64,000 nucleotides of DNA from Chloroflexota bacterium (GTDB lineage: Bacteria > Chloroflexota > Dehalococcoidia > Dehalococcoidales > UBA2162): positions 1,625-65,624 of the forward strand of contig JACPPR010000096.1 in the NCBI GenBank assembly GCA_016190895.1. Reading direction: 5' to 3'. Position 1 is the first letter of the stretch. Every line of letters begins with the position of its first letter. Shown piece after piece: positions 7,883-17,332 of the stretch. The position numbers and the translations under genes were made by a program. Under the pieces are notes generated by a model, which was given only the letters and a program-made list of their open reading frames with translations, searched no databases and was not told the origin of the DNA.

Positions 7883-10800
7883 TCACTTTCCCATTAAGAA
7901 AGTTCTCTCTTCTTCATTAAATCCATACAAGTCACAAATCATATCATCCAGCCTTTGTTCTTCAACAGTAGTCGGATTGTTCTGACTTTTTGCCTCTAAG
8001 ATCAGACTGACACATGAAATGAAAGGCGTCTTTTCAGCTTCACTCAATATGGGAACCGGAAGTTTCTCTATAAACATCGGCTTATATTCAAAGTACCCGC
8101 CATTCCTTGTGACGCCAAGGCCTCGAACATAAAAATCTGCTACTTTAGAATTCAGCACGGACAGCAAATATCTATCTCCAGGGACAATCATGGTGGCCGG
8201 AGCACTGATGAAGTATAGTTCTCCAACAAGTGCATATTGAGCACGCAGACAAAGGTTTCCCCAGACAATTTTCTGCTTGGAAAAATCGTCCCAATAGCTT
8301 ATGCTATCCTGTGTTTCAAACCATTTGTTATTCGTTTTTTTCCGCGCAGTAACTATTTGGCCACCCACAATATGCTTTTCCCCAGTCTGCCGAAGGCGTT
8401 CTATTCCAAATGAAAGAAGATATTCTTTTACCGATGGATATTGCTCAATATCGTACTTTAGGCTTGGAAAGGTAGCTATCAACCACAAATTCGCGAACTC
8501 ATAGTGATACCGCTTGATGTCCCTGCCACGTAGAATCGGTCGTATAATTTCAGCAGATTTTGGGTCTGCAGCAATAAGTTCATCTCGTTTTTTCCGATCA
8601 ATAATGAAAGCCTCGTTGAATCCAGTTTTTATCCCGTAGTTTATATGTACATCCCACTCCTTGAGTGGAACACCAGCAGTATCAATTTTTCCCTTTATGC
8701 TTTGCTCAATAGGGGAAAGGATTGCCCAACTATCGTTGGAATTAAAACGGCTGGCCGCACTGTTTCGCTCAATATAAACGCTCAAATTGTTCAAGCAATC
8801 ATCCTTGATCACGCACGCTTCGGTTTGACCCTTGTTCTTGCCCTTCTCAAAAATCATAATGCTGACATCCACCGTTGCTGAATCAAAGATTCTCTGCCCC
8901 GCAAAATCTATCAGACGCAGCGGATTGGTCTTGTGGGCAAAGAATTCCCGAATCGCCTTACCATAACCAGCGCGTATCCATTTGTTGGAAGTGATGAATG
9001 ATAAAACTCCGCTATCAGCAAGAAGGCCGTATCCCCTCTCATAAAAAAGGCAATAAATATCACCCATGCGCGCAAAGGATTGATACTGCATCTTTTCCAG
9101 ACGGTCAGCCTCTTGCTGCACAGATTGGAGTTGGATATAAGGCGGATTGGCTATCACCACATCAAATCCATCACTTACGCCAAACATCCACCCGGTGTCG
9201 AACCAATCACATCTTTTGTATGAGAAGGGGTCCCATTCGGCGAGCATGCGAGTCTGGGTCGTATCTTTGGATTCTATCTTCTTGGCAGCTCCCGTGAGAT
9301 CGGTCTTTACTGCGACTAGCATTTTTCTCGCGTGTTCGCTTAGTTGTGCCTGTACCGCTTTGAATTCGTGCTTGATAGCCTCTTTGTTTTCGCTATCGGC
9401 AAAATAACTCTTCCTGAGTGTCGCCAATTTGCTAATCAATTCTTTGTTTTCCATTAATCCCATACCAGTGATCTCGGGTAAGCCGATAAGCGTATTTGCC
9501 GCTACGAACTTGAATTCCAGATTGGGTAAAGGCTCGATGCCTCTGTTTCCCTCATTGTCCAGAACCATCTCATCCACAACGAGAGATAGGAAACACCGCA
9601 GTTTGGCAATCTCCACGGCGATGGGCTGGATGTCCACGCCATAGATAGAGTCACGGATAATCATCAGCTTGCGGATATACGCCCAGTTTTCCCGCTTGAC
9701 GTTCTTCTCCACAGTCTGGCGGACGATACTATCTAGCGTGCTCAGATACTGCTTTCTCCAGATTTCAAGCTTCGGGTCAACCCTCTCCAGCGCGAGCAAC
9801 ATCCGGTGCAGGATGCCCATCGGGAAAGCTCCCGAACCGCAGGCTGGATCTATAATTTTAATTTCCTTCAGAGCTGTAACTACGCTGTTCTTCTGCTCAT
9901 CTGTAAGCTCTACACCCTCATCTTCATACGAGAGCAAAGCAGCAAGGTTGTCCTCAGATATGGCGGTCTTCGTGAGCAGGTACTGCTTCAAAGACTGCTC
10001 CACCATATAATCAACAATGACGCGCGGGGTGTAATAGCTACCGGTTGCCTTGCGGGCGGTCTCGCCCGTCTCTGGCACCACCTCTGCCAGCAGGTTCTCA
10101 AAGATTCTGCCGAGCATTTCTGGGTCGACCGAGACTTCCGCGTCCACAGTGCTGTTTTCATCTATGGTGAAGTTATACTGTTCCAGAACGCTGAAGAAAT
10201 CCTTGAACCAGGTATCCGGTATTTTAAGAGCGTCAATCAGTGATCGCTTATAAAAATCGTTCTCGTGCGGCTCGAACAGCCCGCCGTTCAAGAACGGAAC
10301 TTTGTCTGCCTCCGGAACCGCAACTGGCTTCCGTTCTTTAACCGGCGTATTCATCAAGCCGAAGAAGAGCGGCTCCAGGACGGCATGGTAATAGCCGAGA
10401 TGCGTACTTGCTGCCGCAGTCGAAAGCGCGCTGTCAGAAATAAGCGGGATGCCCGCCGCTGACTTCTTATGCTTCAAGAACCAGCAAAATATCGCCCGGC
10501 CGATAAGCCTGACCGCGAATTCTTCATACGCCTTTTTGTCACCATCGTCGACTGACGACAATGTCAGCTCTTTTGGAAAGCCGCCTCTGCCGGTGAGGCG
10601 GTAGAAATAACGGGCAATTTCCTCATAGAATAGCTTATTGACCTTCTCCACGGAGAAAGCGTCTTTGACAATATCCAAACTGGCAAAGCTACATTCACCG
10701 ATTCTCTTTTTGAAGGTGTTGTTGGTCTGGCCGCTGCTGACAAAGTAAGTGAAGCGGCGGAAATTGCTCCAGACCGTGCGCGCGGCGTCCGGCGTGCCGT

Positions 10801-11143
10801 AAACCAGGCTCAGGCGGAAATTGCCGGACTGGTCGCTGAAGACGAACATGCCGGCGTCATACCGCATATATTGTTTGAGGATTTTCCTGGCCTTTTCGTA
10901 CTGGGCTTTCTTGCCGCTTCGCTCGGTTAAACCCCCGGCGATACTGGCCGTGACCACTACCAGCCTTTCGGCGGGACTGAAGTTGATTTCGCCAATTGCG
11001 TGGAAGCCTGAGAACTCGTCATCATCGTATTCAGAGAGGTCGTCTTCCGCTTCGGCATAGCAGTTAGTTGCATTCTGGAAGAATTCGTTCAAGTAGCCCT
11101 CTACGCCTTTATCGATGACTTTTTGCAGCAGTTTCTTGCTCAT
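7883..11143 (-). CDS. large N6-adenine DNA methyltransferase with C-terminal specificity region (Eco57I / PglX / DrmMI-like)
   Basis: 1086 aa. Motif I IIDPACGSGAFPMG and motif IV VVIANPPYIQ. The start overlaps the helicase stop (ATGA). Confidence 0.85.
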   Translation of the reverse strand: MSKKLLQKVIDKGVEGYLNEFFQNATNCYAEAEDDLSEYDDDEFSGFHAIGEINFSPAERLVVVTASIAGGLTERSGKKAQYEKARKILKQYMRYDAGMFVFSDQSGNFRLSLVYGTPDAARTVWSNFRRFTYFVSSGQTNNTFKKRIGECSFASLDIVKDAFSVEKVNKLFYEEIARYFYRLTGRGGFPKELTLSSVDDGDKKAYEEFAVRLIGRAIFCWFLKHKKSAAGIPLISDSALSTAAASTHLGYYHAVLEPLFFGLMNTPVKERKPVAVPEADKVPFLNGGLFEPHENDFYKRSLIDALKIPDTWFKDFFSVLEQYNFTIDENSTVDAEVSVDPEMLGRIFENLLAEVVPETGETARKATGSYYTPRVIVDYMVEQSLKQYLLTKTAISEDNLAALLSYEDEGVELTDEQKNSVVTALKEIKIIDPACGSGAFPMGILHRMLLALERVDPKLEIWRKQYLSTLDSIVRQTVEKNVKRENWAYIRKLMIIRDSIYGVDIQPIAVEIAKLRCFLSLVVDEMVLDNEGNRGIEPLPNLEFKFVAANTLIGLPEITGMGLMENKELISKLATLRKSYFADSENKEAIKHEFKAVQAQLSEHARKMLVAVKTDLTGAAKKIESKDTTQTRMLAEWDPFSYKRCDWFDTGWMFGVSDGFDVVIANPPYIQLQSVQQEADRLEKMQYQSFARMGDIYCLFYERGYGLLADSGVLSFITSNKWIRAGYGKAIREFFAHKTNPLRLIDFAGQRIFDSATVDVSIMIFEKGKNKGQTEACVIKDDCLNNLSVYIERNSAASRFNSNDSWAILSPIEQSIKGKIDTAGVPLKEWDVHINYGIKTGFNEAFIIDRKKRDELIAADPKSAEIIRPILRGRDIKRYHYEFANLWLIATFPSLKYDIEQYPSVKEYLLSFGIERLRQTGEKHIVGGQIVTARKKTNNKWFETQDSISYWDDFSKQKIVWGNLCLRAQYALVGELYFISAPATMIVPGDRYLLSVLNSKVADFYVRGLGVTRNGGYFEYKPMFIEKLPVPILSEAEKTPFISCVSLILEAKSQNNPTTVEEQRLDDMICDLYGFNEEERTFLMGK
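8265..8287. repeat. inverted repeat IR-C, right arm
   Basis: Partner of 7458..7480. Confidence 0.75.
8477..8578. repeat. inverted repeat IR-B, right arm (inside the MTase gene)
   Basis: Partner of 7197..7298. Perfect core at 8514..8566. Confidence 0.85.
8693..8783. repeat. inverted repeat IR-A, right arm (inside the MTase gene)
   Basis: Partner of 6992..7082. Confidence 0.85.
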
Positions 11144-14100
11144 TTCTGTTCCCCGATATTTTCAATGGCGACAATGACCTCTTTATCCAATTGCCCGATT
11201 TTCTGCTTTATTTTAGCCAGATAATCCGGGCCGAGGTCCAGTTGCAGGCTGCCGAGTTCTTTTTGAACTATGGCAATCTTCGCTTCATCTCCAGCATCTG
11301 CCGCTAGGTTAGCGATGCGTCTTAAAGTGTAATCGGAAAGCGTCTTATAATCCTCGATGTCCTCCACCAGGTTCAACAGGAGTTGGCGGAACTCACGATA
11401 GTTATCTGTCTTGTCCGCTAATAGAGCTTTCACCTTTAAGTGAGCTTTTTTCTCGACGCTCAGCTCGCTGGAAGGCACGCCGGACTTTTCTTTCAGGTCC
11501 TTGATTCTGGTGTATTTCTCCCAGAAGCCGTCACTGAGCGGCAGAGCCTTTTCATCCTTGCCGCATTTAATCAACGGCAATGCTTCTTCAAACAGCAGCT
11601 CGGCCGGTTCTTTGGTTTCTCCTGACATGCCCCTGATAAATAGTCCCATCCCTTTCTTGATAAAGACGGTCAGTGAGTATTCATCGTTTGATTTGGCTAC
11701 TTTCACGCGGGAGGGGAGGGTGGCGATCCTCTGCTTGGTTGCTTCATCGATTTCAGCATACATTCTGCGTATGCCGGTCTGGAAACTCTCCAGCTCCAGC
11801 CCGTCCGGATTTTGCTGAATCTTCTCGAATAATCCGGAGGCCGTGGGTTCTTCGTCTGCTTCAAATACCTTTGAATCCTCCCCAAGGGTATTGTGAATCA
11901 TAAACATCTTCTCTGTGGCGATTTGTCTGCTCCGCACGATCGATGCGCCCTGGAGGGTAGGGAAGAAGTTGTAAACATAGAGGTTATCGAAGACCTTCTT
12001 ACTGATGCGGTTGATTCTGCCGACGCGCTGGACAACTCGGGTGGGATTCCAGGGAATATCGAGATTAATCACGGCGCCGGCGCGGTTAAGATTCACGCCC
12101 TCTGACATTTTATCTGTGGTAATCAGAATCTGATATTTGTTGTTCTGGTTTTTATACGTGGTATCGAAGTTGCTTATGATTTCTGTAGCTTTCGTCTTAT
12201 TCAAATCCCCTTTGACACTGATAATCTGGCCGCTGAATTTCTTTTCCAGGCGAGCCTCGACATACTTAACCGTATCGGCGTATTCGGAGAAGACAATTAC
12301 CTTTCTTATCGGCTCAGTGGCTTTGTCCTTTTGCTTCAGAATCTTGGATAGTTCAGTTTCCAAAGCAGCTAATTTCGGGTCATTATCTACCAATTTCAGG
12401 GTATCCAGTTCATCGAGGATTCTTCCGAAGAGGGCAATATCGGCTTCAATATCTGCCAGGAACACCTTCTTTTGTTTGAATTCTTTATTCAAATCATAGA
12501 CCTTGTAGTGTTTGGGGAAATTGCCCGAGGTGAGCATCTGTTCGAACTTCTCCAACTCCTCGGCAATATCATCCTCGTCATCCTGGTATATCCGGTCGAT
12601 AAGCTCGCGGTCGAGGATATATTTCTCTCCGCTGTTAACGATGAAGGTTTGGACCATTTCGGTGATGCGTTTGAAGTTTTCCATACTCTGCCGGAACGCG
12701 CCAAAGGAACTTTCGAACCTTTTCACCAGCAACCGTCTCATAAAGTCATACAAGTTCTTCTGTATCAACGCTGCCCGGTTTTCCTCTTCGTCAAGTGAGC
12801 CGGGGTCCTTGCCAACAATACCAGCTTCATACTCGAAGGGGCGGTAGATGGTGCCTTTGAAATCGCCGCCCTCACCGAAATATTTTGAAATAACGCGGTC
12901 GTAAAACTCCGACTGCTCCGGGGTCAACGCGAAAAAAGCTTCACACGGGTCTTTGACCTCGGACAACTCATAGATTTCTTTTGAATATACCGGGTCTTTC
13001 TTTAAGTCAATGCGGTTGCGCCGGATGGTGACCGGCGAGATGACCGATTTGATGTCATTGGCCAGGTATTTAGATCGTGCAGTTACCCGTTTCAGGTCAA
13101 TCCTATCTGACTCAAACAGAGCTTTATAGTCCGCTAGGGCGCTTTCGCGCCTGTCTTTATCCGTGGAATTGTGGTTCTTCTTGATATTTGAGAGTCGCCT
13201 GAAAGTTTGGCTATACTGCCGGAATCTTTCATCCAGATTGTTAGACAAGATAAGACTTGATTTACCCGGCACGGTAAACAGCTTGAGCATCGAGAAAATG
13301 TCCGCGGGTGTGTTGTTGAAAGGGGTGGCAGTGAGCAAGATAACGATTTTATTGCGGCAGATATCACTCAAAATTGAGTATGCTTCTGTATCCTGGTTAC
13401 GGAATCGGTGCGCCTCGTCGATGATTACCACTTCGAAGTCGCTCTCATTCTGCACCAGCTTGAGCGTGTCTCTCAAGGTCTCCAAACCGCAACTTCTGAT
13501 TTCCCATCCGTTAAGCTCGAAATCTTGCCTGTATTTGTCCCAGCCGGTCCGGATGCCGTCATCAACCCCGCCCTTGAGAGCTGGCGGGCATATGATTAAG
13601 CCCCTCTTGTACAGGCACTTAGCGACCATTCCTGCAATAATGCTTTTCCCAAGACCAACGACGTCCGATATTATGACGCCATTTTCTTTTTCGATAATAC
13701 TCAAAGCTTGCGCGACAGCATTTACCTGGTAAGCATATTTCTTGTACCCGTTTTTCTCCAGAAGCTGGAAGACGTAATCCTTGATGTCTTTGGGCTTATG
13801 CAATTCCAGATACGTTTTTAGAACAAAAGCAAAGGCTTCGTAAGGAGTTACTTCAGCTATTAGTGTGGCTTCTCTCAGTAGTTTTACTAATTCCCATCTA
13901 AAAGCATCGTCTTCGGTGATTTTGACGGCTTTCGTCCAGAGGTCATCGAAATAATCCTCTGCCTCCTGAGTTCCGTAATCACTGATTTCAACATTAAACT
14001 CATTTTGCTGGCCTAACCCGGCCCGAGTGAGATTGCTACTTCCGGTGATGAAACAACACGGTTTCAAGTCTGCATGGTCGTCCTTCATGTTGAAGAGGTA

Positions 14101-14520
14101 CAATTTGGCATGATTAGGTTCACGAGTCTTCTTGATGATCAGTCTGTTGTCCAGAATGGCCTGAACAAAGAACTTGGCTTGTTCATAGAATTCTTCAGTA
14201 TCAAACTCATCCGAATTGACGGACTTGACGATCGATTCTTTGAACAGTTGTTGATGTTTGTTCCCATCGATTTTACCAACGGCTCCGTACTCAACAAGGC
14301 CGTAGCCTTGTTTATCGACACTGAGACCCACAAGAACCTTGGTAACTACGTCGGGATTGTGCTTGATAGCCTCATACAATTCTCTAATACCGGAGAAATA
14401 GAAGAAACCGACCAGGAATTTCAACTCCTTGCTGAAACCAATGAGCTTTGAGATTCTATCCTTTAGGATCTTGCTGCCCGCATTATTGATGAAGGTGTTT
14501 TGTGACCTTGAGTCCGACAT
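11140..14520 (-). CDS. PLD-family nuclease domain fused to an SNF2-family helicase
   Basis: N-terminal HKD motif NHAKLYLF...ITGSSNLT. SNF2 motifs DVVGLGKSIIAG, DEAHRFRN, LLTATPFNN and VVQRVGRINRI. ATG 14520 lies after AAGGA. The ORF stays open to TTG 14559. Confidence 0.85.
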   Translation of the reverse strand: MSDSRSQNTFINNAGSKILKDRISKLIGFSKELKFLVGFFYFSGIRELYEAIKHNPDVVTKVLVGLSVDKQGYGLVEYGAVGKIDGNKHQQLFKESIVKSVNSDEFDTEEFYEQAKFFVQAILDNRLIIKKTREPNHAKLYLFNMKDDHADLKPCCFITGSSNLTRAGLGQQNEFNVEISDYGTQEAEDYFDDLWTKAVKITEDDAFRWELVKLLREATLIAEVTPYEAFAFVLKTYLELHKPKDIKDYVFQLLEKNGYKKYAYQVNAVAQALSIIEKENGVIISDVVGLGKSIIAGMVAKCLYKRGLIICPPALKGGVDDGIRTGWDKYRQDFELNGWEIRSCGLETLRDTLKLVQNESDFEVVIIDEAHRFRNQDTEAYSILSDICRNKIVILLTATPFNNTPADIFSMLKLFTVPGKSSLILSNNLDERFRQYSQTFRRLSNIKKNHNSTDKDRRESALADYKALFESDRIDLKRVTARSKYLANDIKSVISPVTIRRNRIDLKKDPVYSKEIYELSEVKDPCEAFFALTPEQSEFYDRVISKYFGEGGDFKGTIYRPFEYEAGIVGKDPGSLDEEENRAALIQKNLYDFMRRLLVKRFESSFGAFRQSMENFKRITEMVQTFIVNSGEKYILDRELIDRIYQDDEDDIAEELEKFEQMLTSGNFPKHYKVYDLNKEFKQKKVFLADIEADIALFGRILDELDTLKLVDNDPKLAALETELSKILKQKDKATEPIRKVIVFSEYADTVKYVEARLEKKFSGQIISVKGDLNKTKATEIISNFDTTYKNQNNKYQILITTDKMSEGVNLNRAGAVINLDIPWNPTRVVQRVGRINRISKKVFDNLYVYNFFPTLQGASIVRSRQIATEKMFMIHNTLGEDSKVFEADEEPTASGLFEKIQQNPDGLELESFQTGIRRMYAEIDEATKQRIATLPSRVKVAKSNDEYSLTVFIKKGMGLFIRGMSGETKEPAELLFEEALPLIKCGKDEKALPLSDGFWEKYTRIKDLKEKSGVPSSELSVEKKAHLKVKALLADKTDNYREFRQLLLNLVEDIEDYKTLSDYTLRRIANLAADAGDEAKIAIVQKELGSLQLDLGPDYLAKIKQKIGQLDKEVIVAIENIGEQK

Positions 14521-14585
14521 TGATTGAGTCCTTCGTAGTAAGCTATGTTCCGAAATCAAGTCCCTCTGATTATCGTAATTATACT

Positions 14586-14600
14586 ACGATTGCCAATCGT
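14586..14600. promoter_or_regulatory. 15-bp perfect palindrome in the putative helicase-MTase promoter
   Basis: ACGATTG-c-CAATCGT. On the minus strand it lies between a TTGACG and a TATAAT (14-nt spacer), upstream of the 14520 start. Confidence 0.3.
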
Positions 14601-14797
14601 CAACAAACCATCATCATTGTGCTGCCGGTCAGTGGGGCGATTTTACCCTTCGTGGGTCACAAATCGTCGGCTTGTTTACCGAGCTCGATGTGGTCGTTTG
14701 CGGGTATTCAACCAGAGTGGTAAAATTGCGATTGTTGAAATGTCGTGCTTCCAGTGACTGGACCACTGTGGAGAATGGACACTTAAAAGGATAAGAC

Positions 14798-16858
14798 ATG
14801 CCGATAACCGCTACCCAAAAGGCACAAGCCGAACAGCATCAGTGGACTGCGGCAAGGGATGGCGCACCGCAGGTGAGACTTGTCGCCGGACCGGGCACTG
14901 GAAAGTCATACAGCATCGAAAAGCGGGTCGCTCATCTTCTGACGAACGGAGCGACTCCTGGCAACGTATACATCATCTCATTCACGCGAGCCACGTGCGC
15001 AGAACTTCGTGACCGCATCACGCGTTTCTGTAGCACTCTTACGTGTGCAAACGAAGCGACACAAGTGCGAGTTTCGACAATGCATTCACTTGCTCTTCGA
15101 ATCCTACGGCGAGCCAACTTGCTTGCTTCGTATCCCAGTACTCCGATTATGTTGGACGACTGGGAGCAAGCCAAGATTTACGATAGGGAATTGGCCGAAA
15201 GCCTCGGGTCCACACCTTCCCGCGCTGCTGAAATCAGACTCGCTCATGACTCGCAGTGGCAAACCCTCAATCCGCAGTATGTCAACCAGGCACAGATAAC
15301 ACCTGCCGAGGTTCAGGGGTTTAACGCGTTCCATTCTGCTCGAACCAACCTATATTGTTGTGTGCTTCCGGGCGAAGTGATCTTCAGATGTGTTCAAGCT
15401 CTCCAGCAAGGCGCTTTAGGAGCCAGCCAATTACCTCAAATCGATCACTTAGTCGTTGATGAATTCCAGGACCTTAACGCGTGCGACCAGGAATTCGTGC
15501 ATCTGCTGTGTGCAATGAACACGATTTTGTTTGTAGCAGGTGACGACGACCAGAGTATCTATTCTTTCCGTCACGCAGATCCCAACGGGATAGTTCAGTT
15601 CCAATCCGCCTATCCGGCATCGGCTACACACATATTAAATGACTGCTTCCGATGCGCTCCGAACATTCTTAGCGCAGCCAGCCGATTGATAGCCTATAAT
15701 CCAAATAGAGTTCCAAAGAATCTTACGTCGCTCTATAGTACTGCCTCGCCTCCTGTTCAAGGCACAATGCGAGTATGGTCTTTTCAGACGGCCCAAGAAG
15801 AGAGTCGAGCCATCGCCCAATCCTGCCAAGAACTACTCAAAGCTGGAATGGCGGGACAAGAAGATGAAATTCTAATTCTAATCTCCAATCGTCGGGTTCA
15901 ACTCGATATCTTGGCACAGGAATTAGGAAACCTTGGCCTTCCATACGAACCTCCTCGGGGTAGGGCACTCACAGATGAGTTTGAAGCCATTAGGGCCGTA
16001 TACTCGTTTCTTCGTATTGCCAAAGACAACTCGTCTGGCGAAGAAGACTACCCTTCACATAGGGACCTACTTGAGGTTCTCTCCGGTGTAGGAGCCTCCA
16101 CTGCGAAGGCTGTTGCGGATGCATGTATCTCCAACAATCAGAACTTCCGTCAACTGTTCTACTTGCCAACTTGCCCCGCTTGGCTTCCGGGACGGTGCCC
16201 TTCGGCGGTACAGCGTGTGATGGCTATTGTCCAGGCTGTTCGTGCGTGGAGCATGAGCGATACGCTGGCGACCCGGAGCAGCGACATCATGACTCTTCTG
16301 TCATCACAGGCGTTCACATCCGGTATCCACGCAACAAGCAGCTTGGCAACATGGAACGCCCTTCTTGGCTCACTTCCGTCTCAGATGACACTGGAGGAAT
16401 TGCTTCAGTTCCTTGCAGCAGACAGTGAATCTGATCAACAGACGATAATTAATTCGGTCAACCAGCGTATCGGAGGGACCCAGCCCCAAATCCAGGCTCC
16501 GAGCCGGATTCGGATTCTTACTATGCATGGGGCCAAAGGGCTAAGTGGAAAGGTCGTGTTTATTCCTGGAGCGGAGCAGGGCCTTATGCCTAGTTTCAAA
16601 GCCTTACAAGCCACGGGATTACTCATTGAACAACGACGCCTTTTTTATGTATCGGTCACCCGAGCGATGGCCTCCTGCATAGTCTCTCACGTGGCTCAGC
16701 ATTCGGGTGCACAAGCGATGGCTTTGACGCAGCGATCTGTCACGCGACTGACCCGCTCACAGTTCCTGAATGAGATGAATGTCTCAAGTGTCACACGCGC
16801 CTCGGGCCTGACGCAGGCAGAGGCACAAGCGATAGCGAGAGACGTCAACAATCTATGA
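14798..16858 (+). CDS. UvrD/Rep-family (SF1) DNA helicase
   Basis: Walker A LVAGPGTGKS, VVDEFQDLN, LTMHGAKGLSGKVVFIPG and RRLFYVSVTRA. Confidence 0.85.
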   Translation: MPITATQKAQAEQHQWTAARDGAPQVRLVAGPGTGKSYSIEKRVAHLLTNGATPGNVYIISFTRATCAELRDRITRFCSTLTCANEATQVRVSTMHSLALRILRRANLLASYPSTPIMLDDWEQAKIYDRELAESLGSTPSRAAEIRLAHDSQWQTLNPQYVNQAQITPAEVQGFNAFHSARTNLYCCVLPGEVIFRCVQALQQGALGASQLPQIDHLVVDEFQDLNACDQEFVHLLCAMNTILFVAGDDDQSIYSFRHADPNGIVQFQSAYPASATHILNDCFRCAPNILSAASRLIAYNPNRVPKNLTSLYSTASPPVQGTMRVWSFQTAQEESRAIAQSCQELLKAGMAGQEDEILILISNRRVQLDILAQELGNLGLPYEPPRGRALTDEFEAIRAVYSFLRIAKDNSSGEEDYPSHRDLLEVLSGVGASTAKAVADACISNNQNFRQLFYLPTCPAWLPGRCPSAVQRVMAIVQAVRAWSMSDTLATRSSDIMTLLSSQAFTSGIHATSSLATWNALLGSLPSQMTLEELLQFLAADSESDQQTIINSVNQRIGGTQPQIQAPSRIRILTMHGAKGLSGKVVFIPGAEQGLMPSFKALQATGLLIEQRRLFYVSVTRAMASCIVSHVAQHSGAQAMALTQRSVTRLTRSQFLNEMNVSSVTRASGLTQAEAQAIARDVNNL

Positions 16859-16920
16859 GTATGGCTGCACGGTTTTCTAACTTTTCATCTTCTTCAAGTG
16901 TGATAGATATCAGAAGTTGC

Positions 16921-17000
16921 TGGAGCGCAGCGATCGATCGCTTCTTTTCAAAAAGGAGTTCGGGACTGTTCCGAGTAGCCCAACTGAGGGGATTCGAACC
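16921..17000. repeat. direct repeat copy 1 with tRNA 3'-end-like core
   Basis: Core 16957..16999 is agttcgggactgttccgagtagcccaactgaggggattcgaac. It matches 19939..19982 with 2 mismatches plus 1 indel. Weaker similarity extends about 35 bp to the left. Confidence 0.7.
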
Positions 17001-17219
17001 GGCTATCAAAACACTAGCGGGAAAGTCTTCTCGAAAGTTTTACCTTTTGAACGGAATGGTGGACCTTAGCGGGTTCGGACTTTATAGACGTGGTCCCTTA
17101 GCGTAGCTGGCTGGCCATTGGAAGGTTATTGAAAAGACTCTCCGTCCCCTTTTGGTGGAACCTCTAGGGCCACGCTACCAATACGGTAGTGTATCATACA
17201 TACCACCAATACCGAATAC

Positions 17220-17247
17220 TTGACAATCACCATCACACGATTATAAT
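17220..17247 (+). promoter_or_regulatory. near-consensus sigma70-type promoter (TTGACA-N16-TATAAT)
   Basis: TTGACA at 17220..17225 and TATAAT at 17242..17247. It lies about 85 nt upstream of ATG 17333, which has a GAGGAGGG RBS. Confidence 0.55.
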
Positions 17248-17332
17248 GTAAGACAAAGAATAATTGTGTTGGAGGTAACCGGGAGGGGGCTGTTGCAAAA
17301 GGAAAAGCTGAGTCTTAACGAGGAGGGATTCC

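Noticed and set aside
8301-14451. Numerous plus-strand ORFs (60-190 aa) inside the MTase and helicase genes, and similar antisense ORFs inside dnaE, aglB, the binding-protein genes and others.
   Set aside because: They lie antisense to, or out of frame with, long motif-bearing genes. They have low-complexity or biased composition and lack RBSs. They are shadow ORFs.
7883-14520. Complete BREX or DISARM system.
   Set aside because: There are no PglZ, BrxC or BrxL genes and no DrmA/DrmB (DUF1998) genes anywhere in the window. Only the MTase, SNF2 and PLD parts resemble those systems.
16855-17106. 83-aa ORF after the UvrD-like gene, and other ORFs lying wholly in repeat or hairpin regions (for example 35441..35716, 45022..45309, 57449..57640, 63583..63819).
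   Set aside because: They are Ser-, Arg- or Gly-rich translations of repeat DNA with no RBS and no motif. They are likely non-coding.
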